From Octopus sinensis (lineage: Eukaryota), in assembly GCF_006345805.1 (NCBI RefSeq), contig NC_042997.1, forward strand, positions 31,682,001 to 31,746,000: 64,000 bases of DNA, in the 5' to 3' direction. The position numbers were made by a program, and so were the translations under genes. Below, one piece after another: positions 37,597 to 49,130 of this stretch (the stretch's first letter is position 1; each line of letters begins with the position of its first letter). A model generated the notes under the pieces. The model ran no database searches and was not told the origin of the DNA. It was given only the letters and a program-made list of their open reading frames with translations.

Positions 37597-38022
37597 AGGC
37601 GCAGGAGTGGCTGTGTGGTAAGTAGCTTGCTTACCAACCACATGGTTCCGGGTTCAATCCCACTGCGTGGCATCTTGGGCAAGTGTCTTCTGCTATAGCC
37701 CTGGGCGACCAATGCCTTGTGAGTAGATTTTGTTGACGGAAACTGAAAAGAAGTGTCGTATATATGTATATTATATATATAATATATATGTATGTGTGTG
37801 TATAGTTGTGTGTCTGTGTTTGTCCCCCTAGCATTGCTTGACAACCGATGCTGGTGTGTTTACGTCCCCGTCACTTAGCGGTTCGGCAAAAGAGGACCGA
37901 TAGAATAAGTGCTGGGCTTACAAAGAATAAGTCCCGGGGTCGAGCTGCTCGATTAAAGGTGGTGCTCCAGCATGGCCGCAGTCAAAATGACTGAAACAAG
38001 TAAAAGAGAAAAGAGAAAGAAA
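37597..38022 (+). mobile_element. SINE family B
   Basis: Full length, from aggcgcaggagtggctgtgtggtaag to gaaacaagtaaaagag. Confidence 0.85.
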
Positions 38023-38128
38023 GTAACTTATATTACAAAACCATTGCGGTTTACGATAAGCATAGCCTGTCATAAACCTGATAATTTGGGATATAAATTG
38101 CTATAAATAAATTAATATTCATTAATTA

Positions 38129-38387
38129 TAAATAATAAATGCACCCTTTTAAAGCCTAGCCAGGCTCACAGGCCCGGTTTCCCGGTTTCTGTGGCGTATG
38201 TGTTCCCCAGCTGGACGGTACGCCAGTTCATCGCAGCGTTACTCAATTTTGCCAGCTGAGTGGAGTGGAGCAACGTGAAATGAAGTGTTTTGCTCAAGAA
38301 CACAATGCGTCGCCCGGTCCAGGAATCGAAACCACAATCTTACGATCATGGTGCTGACACCCTAACCACTAATCCACGCGCCTCCAC
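38129..38387 (-). mobile_element. tRNA-derived SINE, family D
   Basis: Head gtggaggcgcgtggattagtggttagggtgtcag...gtttcgattcc. A 12-bp TSD, ATTCATTAATTA, lies at 38117-38128 and 38388-38399. Confidence 0.85.
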
Positions 38388-38467
38388 ATTCATTAATTAC
38401 CTTTCTTTTATCAATTAATTGTTTCTGTCATTAGACAGCAGCCATGACGGACAATAGAGTCCAGTAT

Positions 38468-38692
38468 TTGTGTTTCGTTTCAAGCCTGGAACTTATTTTA
38501 TCGGTGTCATCTACCGAATCACTAAGTTACGGGGATGTAAACTCTCCAACACAGGTCATCAAGCGGTGGGTTGGTGGGCGGGTGGAAACACACACACGCA
38601 CGCGCATGCAGACACACACACACCAAGTTCTGAGTGGCTTGCACTACACTAGAAGATACTTGTCCATGGTGTTACGGAGTGGAACTGAGCCC
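38468..38692 (-). mobile_element. SINE family B, degenerate
   Basis: Contains aagttacggggatgtaaac, gtcaagcg and agaagatacttgtcc segments; abuts a transposase fragment. Confidence 0.6.
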
Positions 38693-39030
38693 GGAGGAGG
38701 TAGTGCTGCACTAGGCCAAGAGAGTAGCTACTGGAAAATCCTATGTCCGGCAACAAGATTCTGCACCATGTCACACAAACAGAATCCAGTCATGACTGTC
38801 AGACACTTTCTGTGACCACCCCAGCCTAAAATCTGGCCACCTGACTCCCCAGACTGCAAGCCCCTTGATTATTATAAGTGGGGCGCCGTTGAGTGAGAGA
38901 CCAGCAAAACTCCTTGTAACACCAAAGATGGACAGAAGGAAAATATTATGCCAGCATTCACCAATTTAACAAGGAGACCGCCCAGAAGAGTTGCAGGAGA
39001 TTCTGAAGCCGTCTGGAGGCCGTGTTTGAA
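38693..39030 (+). mobile_element. maT/DD37D-like Tc1/mariner transposase fragment
   Basis: EEVVL..KRVATGKSYVRQQDSAPCHT..FCDH../KIWPPDSPDCKPLDYYKWGAVE..CNTKD..AFTNL..RRF*SRLEAV. Confidence 0.8.
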
Positions 39031-39185
39031 GGTATCCATTTGCACATCACGAAATTATACTTTAAAGGATATAAGCAGTATCTCAGCAGGGTATATAATA
39101 TAACTTCCTTAATTATCTCCTACTTAAGTTAACTACACGTGTTTCAGTATTGGAAGATTACAATTTATATACATACACACAAATG

Positions 39186-39259
<74 letters not shown>

Positions 39260-40896
39260 CATATATATTATTGAAGTAGATAAATGAATTATTTATTACG
39301 GATAATTCAAATGATAACCGATACCTCATGGGCTCCTCGTGAGCGTTTGTCGAAAAGCTTGCTGTGCATTTTTGGGTGGAGAATTAAGTTCCTGGGTTTT
39401 CCTGAAGAGAAAGCTGCAAAATGGACTCCTTATTCAATCCGAATTAGGGACTTTGCAGCCTTTGAAACATACGTAGAAAATAATAAAAAGGAATTTTGTT
39501 AAATCTTCGTTCAGCTCCATTTCTTCCTACACTAAATATATATATATATATACTGGTTATATCCTTTAAAGTATGATTTCGTGATGTGCAAATGGATACC
39601 TTGAGTTTACTTTCAGATCTACTCAATATGTTATTTTTTTGTATTATTTGAAATAGAATACCTGCATATCTATCAATCCCCGCAAAACTGATATATATAT
39701 ATATAGTTATGATTGTTTAAATGTTCAGTTACAATCGGAACCAGTTTACATTAATCTCATGGGTTACTCTATGCTTTTGTAGAAATTTATTATTCAAAAA
39801 CAAGAATGTTTTGGGATTCAGGTATGTGATGTTGATAAGCCACAAAAATGGCGAAATATCTGTATATGTATATACGCAAGCATTTTTCATCTGGATTTAC
39901 TGCAATGTTATGATGCGTTACAGTTTAACTACCTATTATTAATTGACTTGTTATTAATTGAACTCTTAACTGCGGTGGATATATATTTGATGTTATTTTT
40001 ATATCATTACTTTTAATATCGATAAAAGACACGAAATTGCGTAATTACTCTCTGGTCGAGAACTGATGAGGAATTATATAGTCAATATAGAAAGTCATGC
40101 CGGTTTCGTCTTCGCTGTTCACTGACTTTGAACCCGAAACCATGTGGTTGGTAAGCAAGCTACTTGCCACACAACCACTTCTACGCCTAGGTATTAAAAA
40201 GGTGTGTATTTTCTGTATTTTCTATTATTTGTTACAGTCATGAGCAGATTAAGAAGATAAAAAACTAACAACACCTTCACTACGTGTCACACACGACTCA
40301 GTCTATTTTTAATCTTTCTCTTTAACTGTTTGTCTGTATGTATGTCTGTGTGCCTATATTTATATACGTGCGTGTGAATGTATGTACGTACGTACTTATG
40401 TAGGTGCGTATGTACGTATAAATATATGTATAAATGTATGTTTGTACGTACGAATGTATGTATGCATCTATGTATGTACGTATATATGTATGTATGAATG
40501 TATGTATGTATGTATGTATATATATGTATGCATGTATGTATATGTACGTACGCAAGAATGTATATATGAGTGCATGTGTGTGTGTGTATGTGTGTATGTG
40601 TGTGTGTATGTATGTATGTGTGTGTATGTATGTATACATGTATGTATGCATGCATGTACGTATGCATATATGTATGCTTGTATGTATGTATGTATGTATG
40701 TATGTATGTATGTATGTATGTATGTATGTCTTTGTACCAGTCTTCCTGTGATTGCGTTTGGCTTGAACGGGTGTAGTTTCAAATTAATTGAACGTTTCAA
40801 GATTATTTTTTTCGAAAAATTCCTTTGCTGTTGTTTCATTGTCTGATATGTGTTGCGTTGGCTAGATTTTGCTTGTGTGTGTGATTGTGTGATTGT

Positions 40897-40947
<51 letters not shown>

Positions 40948-41169
40948 TGTGTGTGTGTGTGCGTGTGTAACTGTGAATGTGTGGCCATGTATTCTACTTG
41001 CTAATTTCATGATGATGAATGGCTACCACTATCATCATCATCATCATCATCATCATTAAAAATAATTTCACTGGTACCGACATTGCAGCTCCTCCAATTC
41101 CACTACAAACATACCATGTACCACCGTCAACATGAATCTCACAATAGTCACATCACCAACGATAAAACC

Positions 41170-41211
41170 ACAACGAACATCACTACCACCACCACCACCA
41201 CCACCACTACA

Positions 41212-41245
<34 letters not shown>

Positions 41246-41384
41246 AATCAATTTATCAATGAAATAATATGCAAATATCAGTCATCATAGCTGCATTACA
41301 TCATTACAATTCTTCCTCTACACCTCTTCATTCTCTTCCTTGTAGTAATTTTCTCATCGACGTCATCATCATCGTCATCATCAC

Positions 41385-41429
<45 letters not shown>

Positions 41430-41570
41430 TGTCATCATCGTCATCATCAACATCATCATCATCATTATCATCATCATCATCATCATCGTCATCATCACCA
41501 TCATCATCATCATCATCATCATCACCATCATCATCATTGTCATCATCGTCATCATCATCATCATCATCAT
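41170..41570. repeat. (CAC)n/(TAC)n/(CAT)n microsatellites
   Basis: Read directly. Confidence 0.95.
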
Positions 41571-42335
41571 AAGCGATGAGCTTTTTGTTGTCACCGTCGT
41601 GCTTATCAAGACGATGGAGAGTTTCGGAAAACATTTCGTTACCTTCCTTTGTACGGGCGCGTGATGTGACCTTGAGCAAGACTCTACATTACACATTGCT
41701 GCAGTTTGCATAGTTGTAACGGGTAGTCACATTGTACATACTATCCAGTTATTCCGCCCTCCATGTGTTAGATCCAGGATGCTTTCTTAAGTCAAGCGCT
41801 AGTAGGCGAAGGATCAGTCATGTCGGTTCACGACTAAGAGACACATAAGAAAACACTTATTGAAAGCTAATTTCTTTAGACTATTTTTTCCCACGTTCAG
41901 TGTGGAGAGCAGCTGCAGATGTACTTTGTTTTATAGGTTTTATTATATAACTACAGGAAATCACTACATGAGGCTCACCACTGGAAAGGCGGTGAAATCC
42001 ATAATAATGCTCTCTTTCTTTACTTTTTCAGATATCAAGGTTTCTCCTCACTATACGCCTGTCTTCTTTATATTTAATTTAATTTAATTTTAGTTTAATC
42101 ACATGTGTTTGTTTATAACTCCCACGCACACACCCACACACATACACACACATGTACACATACAGCCCAACATGTGTTAACTGTGCCCAGATCAACTGCT
42201 TAAAATTTTATCTGATGATCGTGGTTTGTATATTATGATGTGAACATTTACGGCTACATTAAATATAATTTTACCGAAACAGCTCTTAAAATTTTAAACG
42301 CCATTCGTGTTTACTCTTTTATACTTACGTCACAC

Positions 42336-42427
42336 CAAGGATCCAGTGGTGAGTCGGATCGATAGATACAAAATGGATTTGGTCCCTTGTCTTGTAACTA
42401 TCGATCCGATTCACCAGTGGATCCTTG
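42336..42427. ncRNA. Pre-miRNA-like hairpin (36-bp stem, 20-nt loop)
   Basis: 42336-42371 CAAGGATCCAGTGGTGAGTCGGATCGATAGATACAA pairs with 42392-42427 at 33 of 36 positions by Watson-Crick pairing, plus one G-U. No other copy was seen in the window. It matches no miRNA family I recognise. Confidence 0.45.
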
Positions 42428-42819
42428 TGGCTTTGGTACCTGCATATCTATGGTATTCTGAGAGCGTTATGTTGTTTATTTCACTGTTAGCTACATGGTT
42501 TCTACCTAACCATTTTCTGGCGTCTTATATCTTAATGTGCGTTGGGCTAAAGGGATCTTTATAACTAATTTAGACACATATGTGTGTGTATGTATGTGTG
42601 TATGTGTGTATATATGTTTCTGTGAGTGTGTGTGCACGTATGTGTGTTTATATATATATATATATATATATGTATGCGGTATGGTGTGTGGATTGATATA
42701 CACCACAGATATATACATGTTTGTATATATATGCATATATGTGTATATATATACATATATATATAAATAATATATATACATATAATATATATGTATGTAT
42801 GTATAGTATATATATATCT

Positions 42820-42860
<41 letters not shown>

Positions 42861-42863
<3 letters not shown>

Positions 42864-43300
42864 CGCAGGAGTGACTGTGTGGTAAGAAGCTTGCTTTCAA
42901 CACGAGGTACCGGGCTCAGTCCCACTGCGTAGCACCTTGGGCAAGTGTCTTCAACTATAACCTCGTGCCGACCAAGGCCTTGTGAGTGGATTTGGTAGAC
43001 GGAAACTGAAAGAAGCCTGATGTATATACATACATACATATATATAGTTATACATAAGTATGTGTGTTATTTGTCCCATTGTTTGCCGCTACCATCGCTT
43101 GTCAACCGATGTTGGAGTGTTTACGTCACAGTCACTTAGTGGTCCGGCAAAAGTGACCGATACAGTAAGTACCAGGCTTACAAGTTCTAGTCTTACAAGT
43201 ACTAGGCTTACGAAGTCCTGGGGTCGAGTTTTTCGACTAAAGGTGATGCTCCAGTATAGCCGCAGTTAAATGACTGAAACAAGTAAGAGAATAATAGAAT
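42861..43300 (+). mobile_element. SINE family B
   Basis: Full length with a small internal duplication (actaggcttac). Confidence 0.85.
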
Positions 43301-43309
43301 AAAGAATAT

Positions 43310-44003
43310 AGATACATACATAGATAAATGCATACATACATACATACATATATACCTACATACATACATACCTACATACATGCATACATACATACTACAT
43401 ACATACAAACATACAAATACATGCCATATACATACTACAAACCTACATACATACATACATACATACATCATAATACATACATACATACATACATACATAC
43501 ATACATCCTACATACATACCTACATCATACCTACATACCTACATACATACATACATACATACAACATACAACATAACACATACTTCATACATACATACAT
43601 ACTACATACATACCTACAATATACCTACTCTCATACATACCTACATACATGCATACATACCTAATACATACATACAAACATACATACATACATAATACAT
43701 ACATACATACTTACATACATCCATGCATACATACATACATACATACATACATACAAACATACATACTACATACATACAGACATACAGACATCATACATAC
43801 ATACACCTACATACATACATACATACATCCTACATACATACACGCATACATACATACATACATACATCCATATACATATCTACATACATACATGCATACA
43901 TACATACCGTATAGATACATACATACATACATACATGCATACATACATACATACATACATACATACATACATACATACATACATTTGTATATATATATAT
44001 ATA
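43310..44003. repeat. Degenerate (TACA)n array directly upstream of the exon acceptor
   Basis: Read directly. Confidence 0.95.
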
Positions 44004-44029
44004 ATATTTCTTTTTGTTTTTCTTCACAG

Positions 44030-44472
44030 ATGAACAATTCTTCTTCGATAAACACAGATTCCTACCTGCGATTTCAAATGCCTGGTCATTCTGGAGGCCG
44101 TTAAGCTCTCCTCTCATGTCGGCAGCAGCGGCAGCAGTAGCAGCGGCAGCAGCAGCAGCAACAGCAACAGCAGCAGCATCGACTTCATCACCTCCCGACG
44201 GAGAGCGATCTATCTATTCAATCTACAGTGGATTTTATGGTTTAGCACACACAGCAGCAGCTACGGCGGCAGCAGTTCAATCGTCATCAGTAGCGTTGAC
44301 CAATCCCACTTCTGCTCAGAACCACATGGTATCCGCTTTGGCCGCTTCTTCATCAAACGCATCTCAAACAACTGCAGGATTGTGCACCCCAGTTGCTAGC
44401 AGCCTTTATCACTATCCAAGCCTATTCCGCTATCACCCTTACGTTACAACAAAACGAAAATCTACATCGTAG
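44030..44472 (+). CDS. Putative 3'-terminal coding exon of an unidentified gene, probably a transcriptional regulator (xEQFFFDKHRFLPAISNAWSFWRP...poly-Ala...LFRYHPYVTTKRKSTS*)
   Basis: Polypyrimidine tract and CAG acceptor (tttctttttgtttttcttcacag, AG at 44028-44029; phase 1). The frame stays open to TAG-TAA at 44470-44475 in non-microsatellite sequence with higher GC than its flanks. It contains Ala runs, a Ser/Tyr-rich region, RYHPY and a terminal KRK. ATTAAA at 44622-44627 is a possible polyA signal. Upstream exons were not found. Confidence 0.75.
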
Positions 44473-44929
44473 TAATTGTGGCAGTAACAGACAAGAATGA
44501 AGTAAAACCGGCTAAGATGAACCACCGACGTTAGACTTACGTAACGACAGTCAACAATCTGAACTGATATTTCATTCAAGGAATGCTAATGCTTTTCAAT
44601 ACTAGCACTATTACTCTCACCATTAAATTCACACATTCACACGTACCCATGCTCACATTCACACTCACTAAACAACAATCATTCATTTCTGTTTTTCTAA
44701 TACTATTTACTGTAAATACAATTAATAGAATTCGAAATGACTGCAAATAGCCTACCTAGTTGCCTACATATCTATCTGTCTGACTATCAATGTCCACCGC
44801 TCTATCTCTATCTATCTCTACTTACATCTCTACTTATATGCGATGACGAACCATTAATTATCCGCAATGCACTAATCATTTTTCTCTTTCTTATTGGTGT
44901 GATTATTAGTTGTGTATGTGTCACAAGAC

Positions 44930-45550
44930 AAACTCCCTCTCGAGTCACTACGGTGCAGGTTTGATCTTGGAACTTCCATTAAGCTGTTAGTGCGTTAATC
45001 ATAACTGTTTTGCCTTCTGTTTTCTCCAAGAAGAGCAGTTCTCTTTGAACTGCTTTCTCTGAATTGAAGTCACATCAGACGCTGAAATTCATCGACGGGT
45101 TTCAGCATAGTATGGACGTAGGGCTCTACTAATACAAACTGTCTAGGAATAGACTGAAAAAATTAGAAATAATTGCACCAGTTTTACTTATCAAGATGGA
45201 ACTGTTCGTCTAGACAGGTCCTCTGCAGAAAACAACTTTAAGCGATTTCCTGACATGGCACTTTTGAATACATAGATAGCTGTTTTATGAAATATCAAAT
45301 AATATGCAAAATATGTTTGTGCCTATAAAATCAACCACGACAAATTTTACAAAAGTTTGTCCCAAAACTATTCTCAGAATTGCATGAATGCATTCGATTT
45401 GAAAGCTGCCACTGACTTTTGGATCGCTGTGGTAGCGTTTAGTAATGCATTTATGGAAACACTATTCACTTCAGGTTGGTGCTTATATGCTAGTTTAGGA
45501 AACGGAAACGTCTTTAAATACCTGACAAATACCTGTCTTTAAATACCTGT
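44930..45550 (-). mobile_element. Highly decayed CR1-like LINE fragment
   Basis: Frameshifted remnants EKAVQR..SYD*R..RGSL resemble the CR1 C-terminal LEKVQRRA..SYEERL..RGDL. Confidence 0.35.
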
Positions 45551-45664
45551 TATCTCATCCAGCAAGAGGAAAAATTATTTTGCCAGTTTTTTTTTTTTTT
45601 CACTTATTTACTTGGATGGACCTGTCCGAGAGTAATATCCTTTCTGCTATATATGCACAAGCAT

Positions 45665-45852
45665 TGAAATTTTTGAGGAGGTGATTAGTCAGTTATATCG
45701 ACCCCAGTGTTTAACTGGTACTTAATTTTTCGACCTTGATAGAATGAAAAGAAAAATCGAACTTGGCGGAATTTGAACTCAGAACGTAGAGACGGACGAA
45801 ATTCCGTTAAGCATTTTGCTCGACGCGCTAATGATTCTGCCAGCTCGCCGCC
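45665..45852 (-). mobile_element. SINE family C
   Basis: gcggaatttgaactcagaacgtag...ttctgccagctcgccgcc. Confidence 0.8.
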
Positions 45853-46545
45853 ATAGCCCGAGAGTTATATCAGGAGAAAGGCTAAACAGTAAACACACTT
45901 GTTAAAGCGAAATCCTGCATAACAAGCTAAGGACAGATAGTAGAAAGAAATTCCAAAGCTATTCTCAAAAGGCATTGTGCCTATTTTCAAAGTTAGCCTT
46001 CTATTCAGTATCCTGAAATTCTCATATTTGTAAACACTGTTGAAATCCTTCCGCAGGAACTATGATTTGAAGTATTAGGAGACGCTTTTCGGACACTCAT
46101 CTGTTCACTTCACGCCGAGACAAGCTAAGAGGTCATCGAATTACCCAGTCTTAGAAGTGTATGTACATGTTGCATGTACACGCCTCTTCTCTTCGTCGAA
46201 AAGCTTTTATTATCATAGCAGAAGAGAGATAACAAGAAGGCTCTATATATTGCCTGTTCGTGACACTAAGATGTTCTTACATTCGGCAATTAGAGAGAGT
46301 ATTCTCCACCACGCTACTAGCAGCTTAGCGGCAAATACACGAAGTATAATAGTTAATTGCAGCATGGAAGGTGTTTATAATCCATTAAAAAACACACAAA
46401 AACCGTTAGATTCACTTCAACATTTAAATGTAATTTGCCAAAATATTTTCGTCGCTTCGAGACCGCAACCCGATCACTGACAATTTTTTGTGTTTTTAAA
46501 TGGCTTATAAACACCTTCCACGCTGCAATTGTTATTGTGTGTGTG

Positions 46546-46587
<42 letters not shown>

Positions 46588-46639
46588 ATACTATACATAC
46601 ATGTATACATATATATATATACATATAATAAATATTAGG

Positions 46640-46938
46640 GAATAAATCCAAATTTACAGGGAAAAAAATCAGATTTAGGATTAAATCCAATTTTATAGTA
46701 AAATATTATATAATATTAATTAGAGACAAAACCACTATTTTGCAAAACAAACAAGGAAAGACTTAATCAATACATAAGATTTTAATAAAAAGTCAAAAAA
46801 ACCGCCACTACAATTGTTTCTTGTCCTGATCGACAATCTTCAGGTGGACTTCCAATTTTCAAGTCAGTTTCAAATTATGTTAAGTCTTTCCTTGTTTGTT
46901 TTGCAAAATAGTGGTTTTGTCTCTAATTAATATTATAT
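46640..46938 (-). mobile_element. Hammerhead-bearing Penelope-like mini-element with an inverted terminal segment
   Basis: A perfect 59-bp inverted repeat (46708-46766 / 46880-46938) encloses the hammerhead at 46805-46847. The element is embedded in (TA)n. Confidence 0.65.
46805..46847 (-). ncRNA. Minimal type I hammerhead ribozyme motif
   Basis: Minus strand reads CCAC-CTGAAGA-TTGTC gatcag GACAA-GAAAC aatt GTA-GTGG. It has stem I (4 bp), the CUGANGA core, stem II (5 bp), GAAA, a palindromic stem III (ACAATTGT) and a GUA cleavage triplet. Confidence 0.75.
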
Positions 46939-46944
46939 ATATAC

Positions 46945-46988
<44 letters not shown>

Positions 46989-47437
46989 TCAGTGATCATT
47001 TCACTATTGCAGAGTAGATTGTTTTGAGGTTCTGAGTTCAAACCTACACAGTACTCACTACAGGACAGTGTTCATGAATGCACAACTAACTTTCCTGTGA
47101 ATGGGAAAAGAGCACTCACGCCCACATGCAAGCACACACGCACACACTCACTCACACACACATATGCACACGCATGCGTAAACATATATGAAAATAGAGC
47201 AACTCTATATCATTTGAAAATTGTAGTTTCTAATTGTTTTCTTTCTAAATTTCTTGAAGTGGTTTCTATATATTTTCATATATCATTTTTATGATCTAAC
47301 CCAATTTCTCAATAATTTACCTTTAATTTACCTTTAAATCGAAGATATCAGAAAGTAATAATGTATAATATATCGTTCTTTCAATAAAAATTAAATCAAC
47401 TGATTATAATTAATATTGTTGTTGCTGTTGTTAATCT

Positions 47438-47469
<32 letters not shown>

Positions 47470-47599
47470 TTCTTCTTCTTCTTCTTCTACTACTTACTAC
47501 TACTACTACTACTACTACTACTACCTTTTCTTCTTCATTATCAGTCTGTGTGTCTGTGTTTTGCTTAGCAACAGTAACACCAGCAGCAGCAGCAGCAAC

Positions 47600-47840
47600 A
47601 GCCGTTCAAGAATTTGGACCTGGAGATCTCCATTTCCAGCGACATCGAGGGCCACCACACTGTGGTGCTGGACGTCAACGAAGAGCCCTCGACTACCACA
47701 AGACGACCAAAGTTCTTTTTTTCCAAGGTCTGTAGTCTCCCGCCCCTAAGCCCTAGACCATCGCCTAATCACCCTTACCCGTGTTTGTAGCTTAACAACA
47801 ACAACACAACAACAACAACACAACAACAACAACAACAGCA
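47600..47840 (+). mobile_element. Second copy of the ~200-bp (AAC)n-tailed element
   Basis: Same 5' boundary as 18794, a ~24-nt internal insertion, and a longer (AAC)n tail. Confidence 0.75.
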
Positions 47841-48084
47841 GCAGCAGCAACAATGATATAGCAATAGACTGGCAAACAGGAGCAGTAGAATCGCTGCTGT
47901 CAGCATGGAAGTTTCCGGTGGAAGAGAAGAAATCATTACCAAAGCTACAGCCACATTAGCAACAAAATGTAGGTGTAGCAACGGAGCCACTACAATCACA
48001 CTAGCAAAAAACAATGACAGCAACAACCTCAACAAAATCAAAAGTAACAGCGGCATCAATGAAAACAAAGCAAAAGCAGTTCTT

Positions 48085-49130
48085 TCGCTGGTATAGCAAA
48101 AGCATTTGATTTAGTCACATCAAAGAAAAACATTAGGATTTGGAGCAAACAGCGAATCATATTGACTAAGGTAGCAGAAAGGCTATAATTATGTTATCGT
48201 TTCAGCTTTTAGAGCAAATAGATAATAGAACGGTGGTACACCAAGTGATATTTTTGGAATTTAAACTAGGCCTGAAAGGTATCTTGGAAGATTTAGACTT
48301 TTTCTCTCCTGTTGACCAGCACGGATATGTGAAACTAAACTTTCACTTGCTCATAAGCACTTCATTGCCCAACATAGAAATGAGGGCTTTACTTGAAACG
48401 GTAAGTAATTCAAGACAAATATTGTAAATGTACCATCTAAATTAGACTTCTTCTGGCTGAGGAAATAAGAAGTAAGAGCTTAAAACATAGACAGAAATAA
48501 AAAAAATATCGAACAGAGTTCGGTTAGAACTGGAGGTCCAAATTCAGGTGAAAGCTGAGACATTGGACAAGATCCTCGATCTAACTGAGGTCTCAGGAGG
48601 ACAAATACCGGTGATAATAGAGAGATGGTGTAGATACTACGATTGGGACATCACAGATCACCTCCAGATTTCATACCCCAACGACACATTCTGACTGTAG
48701 AAAAAAGGCCTATACTAATGCCAACGCCATATTAACAATCTATTCAGAATAGACAATGTAAATGCACTCGAAGGAGGATCGTCGAAGCGGATCCATTTGC
48801 TCAGTGATCTCAGGCTTACTTGATATACGAGACCAGTGTTTCTAAGATAAGAGCTTTCATAACCTCTTTCAGTAGCTTTCAGTAATCGAGAGGTGGAGTC
48901 ACTGTATTGTTTCGAAAAGGTCTTGACCATGCGTTGCAGATCCTGCTTTTGAACACAGTTAGTTGGCGGTAAAAGATGTATCACTTCATTTTTATTCGCA
49001 GCACTTTCGTCTGAAAAGAACTATTAGAGGAGAATTTGCGATAAAGGGGAAGAGATGTCACTGGTGAGTTATTTCGAAAATGTAATTAGATAGTGCAACT
49101 TTATCTGCAAAAATGACCCTCAACCATTTC
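48085..49130 (+). mobile_element. Highly decayed CR1-like RT fragment
   Basis: GIAKAFDLV (RT motif D..KAFD.V) at about 48090-48115; RLKRTIRGE at about 49010-49035. Confidence 0.4.

Noticed and set aside
41940-42065. Candidate upstream micro-exons (ctacag|GAAATC.. and tttttcag|ATATCAAG..)
   Set aside because: Acceptor-like sites lack a good downstream donor and give no informative peptide.
44030-44104. Alternative frame MNNSSSINTDSYLRFQMPGHSGGR* starting at the acceptor ATG
   Set aside because: It is short and terminates early; the overlapping Ala-rich frame stays open for over 140 codons and is more plausible.
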